DNA from: Gemmatimonadota bacterium
GTDB lineage: Bacteria; Gemmatimonadota; Gemmatimonadetes; Palauibacterales; Palauibacteraceae
Assembly: GCA_039588275.1 (NCBI GenBank)
Contig: JBDHAC010000051.1
Coordinates: 1-25,743, forward strand
Direction: 5' to 3'
Length of the DNA stretch: 25,743 nucleotides
A program made the position numbers and the translations under genes. Below the pieces are notes generated by a model that saw only the letters and a list, made by a program, of their open reading frames with translations, did not search any database and was not told where the DNA came from. Below are positions 1 to 8,040 of the stretch, piece by piece (the first letter of the stretch is position 1; the number at the start of each line of letters is the position of its first letter).

Positions 1-20
1 CGCCTCCACCAGCCGACGGC

Positions 21-105
21 ACATAACAGGACCACTGGCGGCTCGGGCGGGAGCCCTCGCCCAACCCGGCTAACGCCGGGTTCGCCAGTGGCCGAGACGT
101 TAGCT
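21..105 (+). repeat. attC-like site 1
   Basis: ACATAAC-AGGAC-CACTGGCG...AACCCGGC-TAAC-GCCGGGTT-CGCCAGTG-GCCGAGAC-GTTAGCT. Confidence 0.85.
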
Positions 106-197
106 GAAATCGTCTCAGCCTCAGTGTAAGCAGAAAGCCCGACATGAATCGGTCGTCGGAGTTCGAGATCGGGTCTTAAGGCGGTTGAGTCAGGTTG

Positions 198-527
198 ATG
201 GCGACTGTCGAGACAGCATGGAAGAAGTCGGACGGTCCGGTCCGATACCACAAGAGCGAAACCGGGGTGGAACTCGGCGACCGTATCGAGGTCCGAGGCA
301 TCATCCGGAGGCGTCGCGGCATTGTGAACTCTGTCCCCGGAATCTCGGAGCCCCATCCGGAGATGGAATTCAACGCTCTCTACTGGGTCGGGATTTCGTT
401 CGACAACGGTACGTTCACAGGTGTTCTGGTTGATCCGGATACCGGCTGCGTATTGAAGAAGGTCGTGTTTCTCGGGCGTGGTTCTCCGGACCCAGAGCGG
501 CGTCTACCCGACGCACCCTTCGAGTAA
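198..527 (+). CDS. Hypothetical protein (cassette cargo)
   Basis: The one protein-like ORF filling the space between sites 1 and 2. ATG 198 preferred over TTG 195. No family recognised. Confidence 0.7.
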   Translation: MATVETAWKKSDGPVRYHKSETGVELGDRIEVRGIIRRRRGIVNSVPGISEPHPEMEFNALYWVGISFDNGTFTGVLVDPDTGCVLKKVVFLGRGSPDPERRLPDAPFE

Positions 528-570
528 GACGGCAGGCCGGCTTGCCGTGGTGCCGGGCGGCGACGACTTC

Positions 571-669
571 AGCTGACAGGACCACTGGCGGCTCGCCGCA
601 CGGAGGCGGCTCGCCCAACCCGCCACTCGCTGTGCTCAGGCGGGTTCGCCAGTGGCCGGGACGTTATGT
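571..669 (+). repeat. attC-like site 2
   Basis: AGCTGAC-AGGAC-CACTGGCG...AACCCGCC-(14-nt loop)-GGCGGGTT-CGCCAGTG-GCCGGGAC-GTTATGT. Confidence 0.85.
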
Positions 670-672
670 GAC

Positions 673-701
673 ATGACCCCGTTGGAACGCTGTGGTAGAT
701 T
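673..701 (+). promoter_or_regulatory. Putative sigma70 promoter inside the hicBA cassette
   Basis: ATGACC (673-678), 17 nt, TAGATT (696-701) with an extended TG at 693-694, followed by RBS GGAGGAGG and ATG 720. TA cassettes typically carry their own promoter. Confidence 0.5.
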
Positions 702-719
702 GGTGCGCAGGAGGAGGCC

Positions 720-944
720 ATGCGCCCGAATCGAGGCTTGAAATACCGGGTTCTGATCGAACCGGAGGAAGACGGCGGGTACGTCGCTGAGGTGCCGACG
801 TTGCCTGGTTGTCTCTCGCAGGGAGCCACCCGTCAGGAGGCACTCGAGAACGTAAAGGAAGCTATCGCCGTGTACCTAGAGAGTCTCGAGGCGCACGGGG
901 ATCCAGTGCCCCCTCCCATCAGCGAAGAGATCGTAGAGGTCTAG
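720..944 (+). CDS. hicB: HicB family antitoxin (short form, no C-terminal DNA-binding domain)
   Basis: YRVLIEPEEDGGYVAEVPTLPGCLSQGATRQEALENVKEAI matches the HicB partial RNase H fold. Strong RBS. Confidence 0.93.
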   Translation: MRPNRGLKYRVLIEPEEDGGYVAEVPTLPGCLSQGATRQEALENVKEAIAVYLESLEAHGDPVPPPISEEIVEV

Positions 945-945
945 C

Positions 946-1170
946 TTGACGCGGCTTCCGGCGCTGTCCGGTCGGGAGGTGGTGAAAGCGCTGAGCCAGA
1001 TCGGCTACGAATTAGACCGGCAGCGAAGGAGCCACATGATCCTTCGCCACCCGGAGCCTCCGTTTCGCCGCCTCGTTGTTCCCGACCACAAGGAAATCCG
1101 TCGCGGAACCCTTCGCGCGATCATTCGACAGGCCGGGCTCACAGTGACGGAGTTTCTTGATCTGCTGTAA
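946..1170 (+). CDS. hicA: HicA family mRNA interferase toxin
   Basis: LPALSGREVVKAL...RSHMILRH...VVPDHKEIRRGTLRAIIRQAGL, directly after hicB. TTG start. The GSH motif reads RSH here. Confidence 0.92.
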   Translation: MTRLPALSGREVVKALSQIGYELDRQRRSHMILRHPEPPFRRLVVPDHKEIRRGTLRAIIRQAGLTVTEFLDLL

Positions 1171-1186
1171 GGGGTGGGGTCACATC

Positions 1187-1276
1187 ACATAACAGGTCCA
1201 CTGGCGGCTCGGGGCGGACGCCCCTCGCCCAACCCTCTGGCTAACGCCGGGTTCGCCAGTGGCCGAGACGTTATGT
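1187..1276 (+). repeat. attC-like site 3
   Basis: ACATAAC-AGGTC-CACTGGCG...GGC-TAAC-GCCGGGTT-CGCCAGTG-GCCGAGAC-GTTATGT. Confidence 0.85.
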
Positions 1277-1304
1277 GCAATAGCACTTCTCTAGGGGGTT
1301 CAGA

Positions 1305-1439
1305 GTGGGGATCGAACTCGAGTGGTTCAGCCTGCTGATCGTACACTTCACGTGGTGCTGGAAGAACGGGATCGACCCGTGGCGAGCCACGCCCCGGCGG
1401 AAGTACTACGAGCTTCGAGGCTGGGCGTGGTTGGAGTAA
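1305..1439 (+). CDS. 44-aa Trp-rich small protein (possibly an internally deleted cassette gene)
   Basis: GTG 1305 after AGGGGG, TAA at 1437-1439: MGIELEWFSLLIVHFTWCWKNGIDPWRATPRRKYYELRGWAWLE. Fills the cassette between sites 3 and 4. Not in the ORF track. Confidence 0.6.
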   Translation: MGIELEWFSLLIVHFTWCWKNGIDPWRATPRRKYYELRGWAWLE

Positions 1440-1468
1440 AGCAGGAGTGTCAGCGGCCGTGCTACTGC

Positions 1469-1559
1469 ATATAACAGGTCCACTGGCCGCTCCGGCCCCC
1501 GACGAGGCCTCCGCGCAACCCGGCAGGCGCCGGTTTCGCCAGTAGCCGAGACGTCATCT
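1469..1559 (+). repeat. attC-like site 4 (R' is GTC)
   Basis: ATATAAC-AGGTC-CACTGGCC...AACCCGGC-AGGC-GCCGGTTT-CGCCAGTA-GCCGAGAC-GTCATCT. Confidence 0.8.
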
Positions 1560-1631
1560 GCAATCGTGTGAGCTCCGGCACGGGGATGGAAGAGCCGTGG
1601 CGCGAGCAACAGTCGCGAGAAAGGACTCGAT

Positions 1632-2024
1632 ATGCCGTTGAGGGAACGCAGTGCGGAGCTGGCCGTCGGTTGGATCGAGGCGTGGATCAAGATGGACATG
1701 GACTGGCTCCGGCAGCGGCTGGCGCCTGACTTCATCCACGTCAGTCCGTTCGGCAGGTTCGAAGACCGTGAGTCGTACCTGACGGCGGTCGAGCCGATGG
1801 CGCGAAAGAGCGTTGTGGGGCTTACGATCAAGGAGGTAATCGCCAGCGGAAACCAAGCAGCAATCCGCTTCGAGAACAGGACCCCCAAAGGAGCGATCGA
1901 ATCCTGCGACTGGGTCCGCGTTGAAAATGACCTGATCAAGGAGATCAGGTCGTTCTATGACAGTGCTATGATCCGTGAGGTCCTGTCGCCCGCCGAGCAA
2001 GAAGGCCTCAACGGTTCCGACTAG
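1632..2024 (+). CDS. SnoaL-like / NTF2 family protein (cassette cargo)
   Basis: WIEAW..D.D.L...LAPDFIHVSPFG...CDWVRVENDLIKEIRSFYD pattern. RBS AAGGA. Confidence 0.85.
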   Translation: MPLRERSAELAVGWIEAWIKMDMDWLRQRLAPDFIHVSPFGRFEDRESYLTAVEPMARKSVVGLTIKEVIASGNQAAIRFENRTPKGAIESCDWVRVENDLIKEIRSFYDSAMIREVLSPAEQEGLNGSD

Positions 2025-2066
2025 CGGCCAACGGTGCGCCGATCACCGGTCAGGACATGCGACTGC

Positions 2067-2153
2067 AGATAACAGGACCACTGGCGGCTCGGGGCGGGTG
2101 CCCCTTGCCCAACCCGGCTGACGCCGGGTTCGTCAGTGGCCGAGACGTTGTCT
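2067..2153 (+). repeat. attC-like site 5
   Basis: AGATAAC-AGGAC-CACTGGCG...AACCCGGC-TGAC-GCCGGGTT-CGTCAGTG-GCCGAGAC-GTTGTCT. Confidence 0.85.
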
Positions 2154-2437
2154 GAGATCGTCTCGGCATAACCGTAGGTTGTTAGCGTGATACGGATGGG
2201 CGCTTCGCAGCACAATCATTAATTAGAACGACGCAAGCACATAGACCATGAAGGCGTCCTGGATATCCGTGGGTACGGTGGTTCTTGCCTGGCCTTTGGC
2301 CGCGGCAGCCGCCTCTCTCAGAGCGACGGCGTCGCGGACGTAAAGCACTTTATGTCGTAGAGTACCTTCCCGCAAGCGTTTCCGTCAACAGCCGGCGTGG
2401 CCGGTCTTATCTCCCACGCTTTGCTTGAAGTAAGCTG

Positions 2438-2710
2438 TTGGCCTCGATTCTAGCGTTGATCGCGCTCTGTGCCCTGCGGTTCGGATCTAGATTGGCAATT
2501 CCGCTCGTGTGGGTTTTCAACGTCGAGGGAACGGCAGACCTTCTGAATGCCCTGCTCCAAGGCATTCGATACACGACGGATGCAGACCTGGGTGCGACCT
2601 ACTTCAACCCGGCGGTGATCGTGCCCGCGTTGCTCGTCACGCATCACGTGATCTTCATGGTGCTGCTTCGGCCGAAAGGTCCTCCGAGTCAGGCAGAGAG
2701 CCTCGGCTGA
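2438..2710 (+). pseudogene. C-terminal fragment of a membrane protein
   Basis: Three hydrophobic segments (AIPLVWVFNVEGTADLLNA, LGATYFNPAVIVPALLVTH). Starts abruptly inside a helix at a TTG with no RBS. Confidence 0.5.
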
Positions 2711-2770
2711 GCATGGGTCGTCAGCGCGCCGGTTCCGCTAGACGGTCGTGGGGCTAGCCGAAGGGGAGTA

Positions 2771-3529
2771 ATGGTCAGACTGCTACAATCGGTTCTGTTG
2801 GCCCTTGCGGGCGTCACATCCATGTCCGCTCACGCGCCCATCATCATCCGGCACGACGCGGAAGACGAGGTACACCGCGCCCTGGCCGAGCGCTTTCCTT
2901 CCCTCGTGCACCTCAACCTCCCCGATGGCGAAGCGGTCCTCATTCGACCTGGCTGGGTGCTCACCGCTGCCCACGTCGCGACCGAGGTAGCGCCGGGTCA
3001 CGCGCTCACGGTGGGAGGGAACGAGATCGAGGCAGCCGAAGTCGTGCTGCACCCGGAGTGGAGCGATGGCGGTGTGAACGACATTGCACTGGTTCGGCTG
3101 GATCGCCGGGTCCAGCACGTTCGACCCGTAGGAGTCTACGGCGAGCGTGACGAAGAAGGGCGGCTCATCTACGTGGTGGGCCGGGGTGACACCGGGACCG
3201 GGGTGAGTGGGCCTGAGCGCAACGACGGACAAGTGCGGGCGGCCACGAATCGGGTGGACGAGGCAACGGAGTTGTGGCTCAAGTTCCGGTTCGACGATCC
3301 GCGCGACGATCCTGAAGCAGCGACCGAGCTAGAAGGGATCAGCGGCCCGGGAGACAGCGGCGGCCCCGCGTACATCGAGCTAGATGGGATCCAGTACGTG
3401 GTGGGGGTGAGCTCAGGACAGAGTACGCGAGCGACGGGCGGCCGTGAGGGTGTCTACGGCGTCACGGAATACTACACCCGGGTCTCGAGCTATCTCGACT
3501 GGATCGCGCACGTCGTCGGCGAGGATTGA
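2771..3529 (+). CDS. Secreted trypsin-like serine protease (S1)
   Basis: Signal peptide; catalytic motifs WVLTAAH, DIALVRL, GDSGGP; C-terminal YTRVSSYLDWI. Confidence 0.95.
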   Translation: MVRLLQSVLLALAGVTSMSAHAPIIIRHDAEDEVHRALAERFPSLVHLNLPDGEAVLIRPGWVLTAAHVATEVAPGHALTVGGNEIEAAEVVLHPEWSDGGVNDIALVRLDRRVQHVRPVGVYGERDEEGRLIYVVGRGDTGTGVSGPERNDGQVRAATNRVDEATELWLKFRFDDPRDDPEAATELEGISGPGDSGGPAYIELDGIQYVVGVSSGQSTRATGGREGVYGVTEYYTRVSSYLDWIAHVVGED

Positions 3530-3613
3530 GCGCCGGAACTGACCCTGAAAGGTCCGCCCGCGGTTCACCGCCGCCGCCCGCCAGCCGCTACGCTCTCGAG
3601 CAGTGGCGTAGCG

Positions 3614-4108
3614 TCATCCACACAGGATTTGCCGCTCGTGCCATTGCGCGCGGAACCCGCCTTCGACCGTGGACCCGTCCTCGAACCGCAAGCGGAAGAG
3701 CCCGGGGAGCGAGCCGTCGGGTTCCCGCGTCTGGAACTCCACGAAGCCGGACGCGGGCGGATCGCACCGAGTCACTTCCACGGTGCAGCGCATCGCACCT
3801 GCAATCCGCTCCTGGTCGATCTCGAAACGCTCGCCTCCGAGCGCGTCGGCGGGCTGATACACGGAGATCCACACGTACGGACGCCGCACCTCCGAACCCG
3901 GCGGCTCCGCGGGCCGTAGGGTATCCGCCGATAGTGCGATCCAGGTGGCGCGGCCATCCCACGGCGCGCATCCATCCATCGCGTACGCGTACGGCAAGCC
4001 GTCGGGCGGCCCCGGCGGCGGGCTCGTCTCCGATGGGCGGCAGGCGCCGAGCAGCAGGCACGCGGGCGCCAAGACCAACATCGCCTGTTGGCTCACGGGT
4101 GTCGTCAC
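3614..4108 (-). CDS. Hypothetical lipoprotein
   Basis: RBS GGAGGAGG before GTG 4108; lipobox LLGAC; beta-rich mature part. Confidence 0.7.
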   Translation of the reverse strand: MTTPVSQQAMLVLAPACLLLGACRPSETSPPPGPPDGLPYAYAMDGCAPWDGRATWIALSADTLRPAEPPGSEVRRPYVWISVYQPADALGGERFEIDQERIAGAMRCTVEVTRCDPPASGFVEFQTREPDGSLPGLFRLRFEDGSTVEGGFRAQWHERQILCG

Positions 4109-4405
4109 GTTCCTCCTCCACGGCGGCATTCGAGTGAGGCTGTAAAGATGCCACGGGAAGGGCGACCGAAGGTAGTCCTGGGCGACCCTCGGCCAGTTCA
4201 TCTCGTCACTCGATCACGGCCAGGCGAGCAACGGGACACATCCCCCGATCCCTCGCCTCAGGACGTTTTCATCGCAAAATTGTGTCATATGCATCTCGCC
4301 TCTGAGACCCGGCTGGTCGACCGCGAGCGTGCATGACCGAACATTGCTGCGACCGGCCGTTCGCGAGCTCGGGGGCACCGACCGCGATTCGGAAGGAGTA
4401 CCGAT

Positions 4406-5764
4406 ATGAGATGGCTCTTCGTGGCCGCGGCCACGACCCTGGCGGGTGTCACCCTATCCCTGGCACCCGGCGGTCTGGCCGCGCAAGACGACGGAGGGAT
4501 CTTCCCCTTCGACTACGAGCTGGTCGAGCTCGACAACGGATTCAAGGCCTACCTGATTCCCGTGAACGAGCCCGGACGGCTCGCCTACGTGAGCATGGTC
4601 CGCACCGGCAGCCGCGACGAAGTCGAGGAAGGGAAGAGCGGCTTCGCCCACTTCTTCGAGCACATGATGTTCCGGGGCACGGAGAAGTACCCGTACTACG
4701 ACGGGATCACCGCCGAGATGGGTGTGGACCGGAACGCGTTCACGAGCAACGACCGCACCGTCTACTACCTCGTCGGCAACAGCGAGTACCTCGAGCAGAT
4801 CATGGATCTGGAGTCCGACCGATTCCAGAACCTGGCATACGACGAGCCGGCGTTCCGCACGGAGGCGGGCTCGGTGTTGGGTGAGTACTCGCAGGGCGCG
4901 CTGAGCCCGGGCCGCTGGCTGAACGAGAAGACTCGCGAGACCGCCTTCGACCGGCATACCTACCGGCACACGACGATCGGTTTCGAGGCCGACGTCAGGG
5001 CCATGCCCGAGGGCTACGAGTACAGCAAGTCGTTCTACGCGCGCTTCTATCGACCCGAGAACGTGATCCTGGTGATTGCGGGCGACTTCGACGTCGCCGA
5101 GGCGACGGGACTGATCGAGCAGTACTACGGCGGGTGGGAGACTGGCTACGTGCCGCCCGAGGTCGCGCCCGAGCCGGAGCAGACCGCACCGCGCAAGCGC
5201 ACCGTCTACTACCCGGGTCGTACGCTCCCCATCGTCGCCGTCAACTACAAATCGCCCGCATGGAGCGGGACGGACAAGCTCGCAGTGGCGACGGAGGTTC
5301 TGGGGCAGGTGGCGTTCGGCTCCAACTCCGACATCTATCGCAAGCTGGTAATCGACGAACAACGACTCCAGTCCCTTAACGCCGGCTTCGGACTGCAACG
5401 CGATCCGAGCCTCGTGGACGTTTCCGCGATGGTGAAGGACCCGGCGGACATCGATCCGATCAAGGCCGAGATCCAGGCGACGATCGAGCGCTTTCAGACC
5501 GAGCTGGTTGACGAGAAGCGTCTGGAGGACACGAAGAGCAACCTGAAGTACCGATACCTCATGGGACTCGAGACGGGTCAGCAGGTCGCCTTCTCGTTGA
5601 TGACGCCGATCATCAACGCCGGCACGCTCGAGGCGATCGAGGAATACTACGCGACGCTCGCCTCGCTCACGCCCGAGGACATTCGTGAAGCCGCGAACGC
5701 GGTGTTGAAGGAGAGCGGCCGCACCACGATCACCATGTTGCAGGCGGAGGGAGGTGCCCAATGA
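4406..5764 (+). CDS. M16B (insulinase/pitrilysin family) zinc peptidase, catalytic subunit
   Basis: Signal peptide; GSRDE..GKSGFAHFFEHMMFRGT (HxxEH); NAFTS; YRPEN. Confidence 0.95.
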   Translation: MRWLFVAAATTLAGVTLSLAPGGLAAQDDGGIFPFDYELVELDNGFKAYLIPVNEPGRLAYVSMVRTGSRDEVEEGKSGFAHFFEHMMFRGTEKYPYYDGITAEMGVDRNAFTSNDRTVYYLVGNSEYLEQIMDLESDRFQNLAYDEPAFRTEAGSVLGEYSQGALSPGRWLNEKTRETAFDRHTYRHTTIGFEADVRAMPEGYEYSKSFYARFYRPENVILVIAGDFDVAEATGLIEQYYGGWETGYVPPEVAPEPEQTAPRKRTVYYPGRTLPIVAVNYKSPAWSGTDKLAVATEVLGQVAFGSNSDIYRKLVIDEQRLQSLNAGFGLQRDPSLVDVSAMVKDPADIDPIKAEIQATIERFQTELVDEKRLEDTKSNLKYRYLMGLETGQQVAFSLMTPIINAGTLEAIEEYYATLASLTPEDIREAANAVLKESGRTTITMLQAEGGAQ

Positions 5765-7374
5765 GCGCCCTGGCCAGCATCCGTTCCCGGGGACGAGCGC
5801 TTCTCACCGGCCTGACGCTGCTCGGTGTGGCCTCGGCCGCCATCACGACGACCGCCTGCGCTCCGATCGAAACGAGCGGAGGTCCCGAAGGCACCATCAC
5901 CCTGCCCGAGCCCGGCTCGCCCTACATCGCATTCAACATCTGGGTGAAAGCCGGGTCGCAGAACGACCCGGCGGGTAAGGAGGGCCTCGCCGCGCTCACG
6001 GCGTCGCTCCTCTCCGACGGCTCCACGACCGAAGACAGCTACCAGGCGATTCTCGAGAAGCTGTACCCGATGGCGGCCGGGTACGGCGGGAGCGTGGACA
6101 AGGAGATGACCGTGTTCCGCGGTCGAGTCCACGTGGACAACCTCGAGGGCTACTACACGCTTTTCAAGAACTCCCTGCTGCAGCCCGCGTTCAGCGAGTC
6201 GGACTTCGAGCGGGTGAAGTCGCAGATGCTCAATTATCTCGAGCGCGGGCGCCGTTACAGCCGCGATGAAGAGCTCTCCAAGGAGCTGCTCTTCTGGTTG
6301 GCGTACGAAGGGACGCCGTACGAGCACCCCGAAGAGGGCTACGTCGAAACCGTAGAGTCGATCACCCTCGATGACGTGCGTGCCTTCTACGACCAGTACT
6401 ACGTCCGCAACAACATCGTCGTGAGCGTCGGGGGCGGGTACCCGGACGCGCTTGTCGAGCGGGTGCGTGCCGACTTCGACCTGCTGCCCGAGGGCGAGTC
6501 GGCAACCGTGAGCGCACCCACGCCGCTGATGCCCGAGGGCGTAAAGGTGCTGATCGTCGAGAAGGACACGAAGTCGACTCCGATCTCGTTCGGGTTCCCG
6601 ACGACCCTCACGCGGGGAGACGACGACTTCTTCGCGTTGATGACCGCGAACTCGTGGTTCGGAGAGCACCGCAACTCGTTCAGCCGCCTGTACCAGGTGA
6701 TCCGCGACGAGCGCGGCATGAACTACGGGGACTACTCCTACATCGAGGCGTTCCCGCGGGGGTATACCACGCAACAGCCGCCGGTCAACGCCGCACGCAG
6801 CAGCCACCTGTTCGAAGTGTGGATCCGTCCGATCTCGCTCACCGAGCCGGACAACCTCCACGAGCGCTCGCTGTTCGCCACGCGGGCGGCGATGCGCGAG
6901 CTGGAGCACCTGGTCGAGACGGGGATGACGGAGGAGACGTTCGAAGCGAGCCGCAAGTTCCTCCACAACTACACGCAGAAGTACGGCACCACGGTCAGCC
7001 GCCGACTGAGCTACAAGGTCGACGACGAGTTCTACGGTGTGGGCGGCGATGGCTTCCTGGCGTCGATCCGGCCCGGGCTGGCCGACCTGTCCCTGGAGGA
7101 GGTAAACGAAGCGATTCGTAATCACCTCCAGACCGAGAACATGTGGGTCGTGTTCATCACGGCTGACGCGGAGGGGATGAAGGAGTTGCTGCTGAGCGGC
7201 GAGCCGACGCCGATCACATACGCGGGCGCCAAGCCGGACGAGCTGCTGGCCGAGGACATGGAGATCGCGGCCTTCCCGATCCCGGTCGACGAGGACGACA
7301 TCACGATCCTCGGGATCGAGGAGGTATTCCAGAGCCCGCGGGCGACGCCGACGGAGGTCGTCACCGACGAGTAG
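5761..7374 (+). CDS. M16B peptidase, non-catalytic partner subunit
   Basis: GSQNDPAGKEGLAALTASLL (no HxxEH); SRLYQVIRDERGMNYG with the R/Y pair; ATGA overlap with the upstream gene. Confidence 0.92.
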   Translation: MSALASIRSRGRALLTGLTLLGVASAAITTTACAPIETSGGPEGTITLPEPGSPYIAFNIWVKAGSQNDPAGKEGLAALTASLLSDGSTTEDSYQAILEKLYPMAAGYGGSVDKEMTVFRGRVHVDNLEGYYTLFKNSLLQPAFSESDFERVKSQMLNYLERGRRYSRDEELSKELLFWLAYEGTPYEHPEEGYVETVESITLDDVRAFYDQYYVRNNIVVSVGGGYPDALVERVRADFDLLPEGESATVSAPTPLMPEGVKVLIVEKDTKSTPISFGFPTTLTRGDDDFFALMTANSWFGEHRNSFSRLYQVIRDERGMNYGDYSYIEAFPRGYTTQQPPVNAARSSHLFEVWIRPISLTEPDNLHERSLFATRAAMRELEHLVETGMTEETFEASRKFLHNYTQKYGTTVSRRLSYKVDDEFYGVGGDGFLASIRPGLADLSLEEVNEAIRNHLQTENMWVVFITADAEGMKELLLSGEPTPITYAGAKPDELLAEDMEIAAFPIPVDEDDITILGIEEVFQSPRATPTEVVTDE

Positions 7375-7387
7375 CCAGAAACGTTCT

Positions 7388-7431
7388 CTCACGGGGGCGC
7401 GGGGTGCGTGTACCGCCGCGCCCCCGGTGAG
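7388..7431 (+). terminator. GC-rich hairpin after the M16 operon
   Basis: CTCAC-GGGGGCGCGG...CCGCGCCCCC-G-GTGAG inverted repeat starting 14 nt after the stop. No clear U-tract. Confidence 0.45.
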
Positions 7432-7582
7432 TGGAATCGTACCCACCTGGACCATCGTGCCGTGTAAGATCCGGCGTTCTCACGGCATCCTTTACATAGG
7501 ACCCAGCCGCATGGGCCGCGGCGGGACGCGGCCCCACGCGCGGCGAACGTCCGCCCTCGACATCGAGCTCCGGTCAAAGGCG

Positions 7583-7627
7583 ACACTCCCGCAACTAGCC
7601 TTCGGGAGTGTACGAGTTATGTGCCAT
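7583..7627 (+). other. Candidate attI-like entry site of array 2
   Basis: Hairpin ACACTCCCG/CGGGAGTGT, then ACGA-GTTATGTGCCAT. The GTT arm is complementary to the left arm of site 6, but no full repeat precedes it. Confidence 0.5.
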
Positions 7628-7628
7628 T

Positions 7629-7904
7629 ATGAGGGAAGGAGGTGAGGTGCCTCACCGCCAGATACGTAGCTTTGAAGTCTCTGGCGCTCACTGGATTGCT
7701 CGGCGGCAGGAGCCAGCCGAGGGTAATGCCTCTTCTCGCCCCTCTTCTATTCATCATCCCGAGGCCGGCATTTGGTTTGAGAGTACCAGAGGAGAGCATC
7801 GATTCCTGAAGATGGACGAGGACGAACTTCCGGATGCGAGTGAGTTTCGAAGCCTGTCGGGACTTGAGCTGGGCCGGATGCTCAAGCGTGCTATCGAGAA
7901 ATAG
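7629..7904 (+). CDS. Small hypothetical protein (cassette cargo)
   Basis: The start should lie inside the cassette: ATG 7629, or GTG 7647 after AGGAGG. Stop lies 25 nt before site 6. Confidence 0.7.
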   Translation: MREGGEVPHRQIRSFEVSGAHWIARRQEPAEGNASSRPSSIHHPEAGIWFESTRGEHRFLKMDEDELPDASEFRSLSGLELGRMLKRAIEK

Positions 7905-7928
7905 GAGGCAGAGGGTCGTCTCAACGGC

Positions 7929-8018
7929 ACATAACAGGTCCACTGGCGGCTCCGGCCGCTTCGCGGCCTCCGAGCAACTCGGCTAACGCCGAGTTCGCCA
8001 GTGGCCGGGACGGTATAT
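7929..8018 (+). repeat. attC-like site 6 (R' is GGT)
   Basis: ACATAAC-AGGTC-CACTGGCG...GGCCGC-TTC-GCGGCC...AACTCGGC-TAAC-GCCGAGTT-CGCCAGTG-GCCGGGAC-GGTATAT. Confidence 0.85.
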
Positions 8019-8040
8019 GACATTCGCTTGGCGAGGATGC

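Larger units (their letters stand above)
21..2153 (+). mobile_element. Integron-like gene cassette array 1 (5 attC-like sites, 4 complete cassettes; probably continues left of the window; no integrase seen)
   Basis: Five homologous TAAC...GTT structured repeats alternate with single + strand ORFs or a TA pair. Cassette ends are mutually complementary. Cassettes: 100-663, 664-1270, 1271-1553, 1554-2147. Confidence 0.85.

Noticed and set aside
21..2153. CRISPR array
   Set aside because: Repeats are 85-99 bp and variable, the intervals are about 190-520 bp and contain genes, and no cas genes are present.
2166..2187. GCATAAC-8 nt-GTTAGCG as a mini att site
   Set aside because: Does not fit the GTTA-NNN-G-NN-AT arm consensus and lacks the CACT/AGTG stem. 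Too short to support.
4454..7455. Long minus-strand ORFs (435 and 602 aa)
   Set aside because: Antisense shadows of the M16 genes, caused by high-GC codon bias.
7608..7628. GTG 7608 as the start of the first array-2 gene
   Set aside because: It lies upstream of the cassette boundary at 7616/7617, inside the hairpin. ATG 7629 or GTG 7647 fit better.
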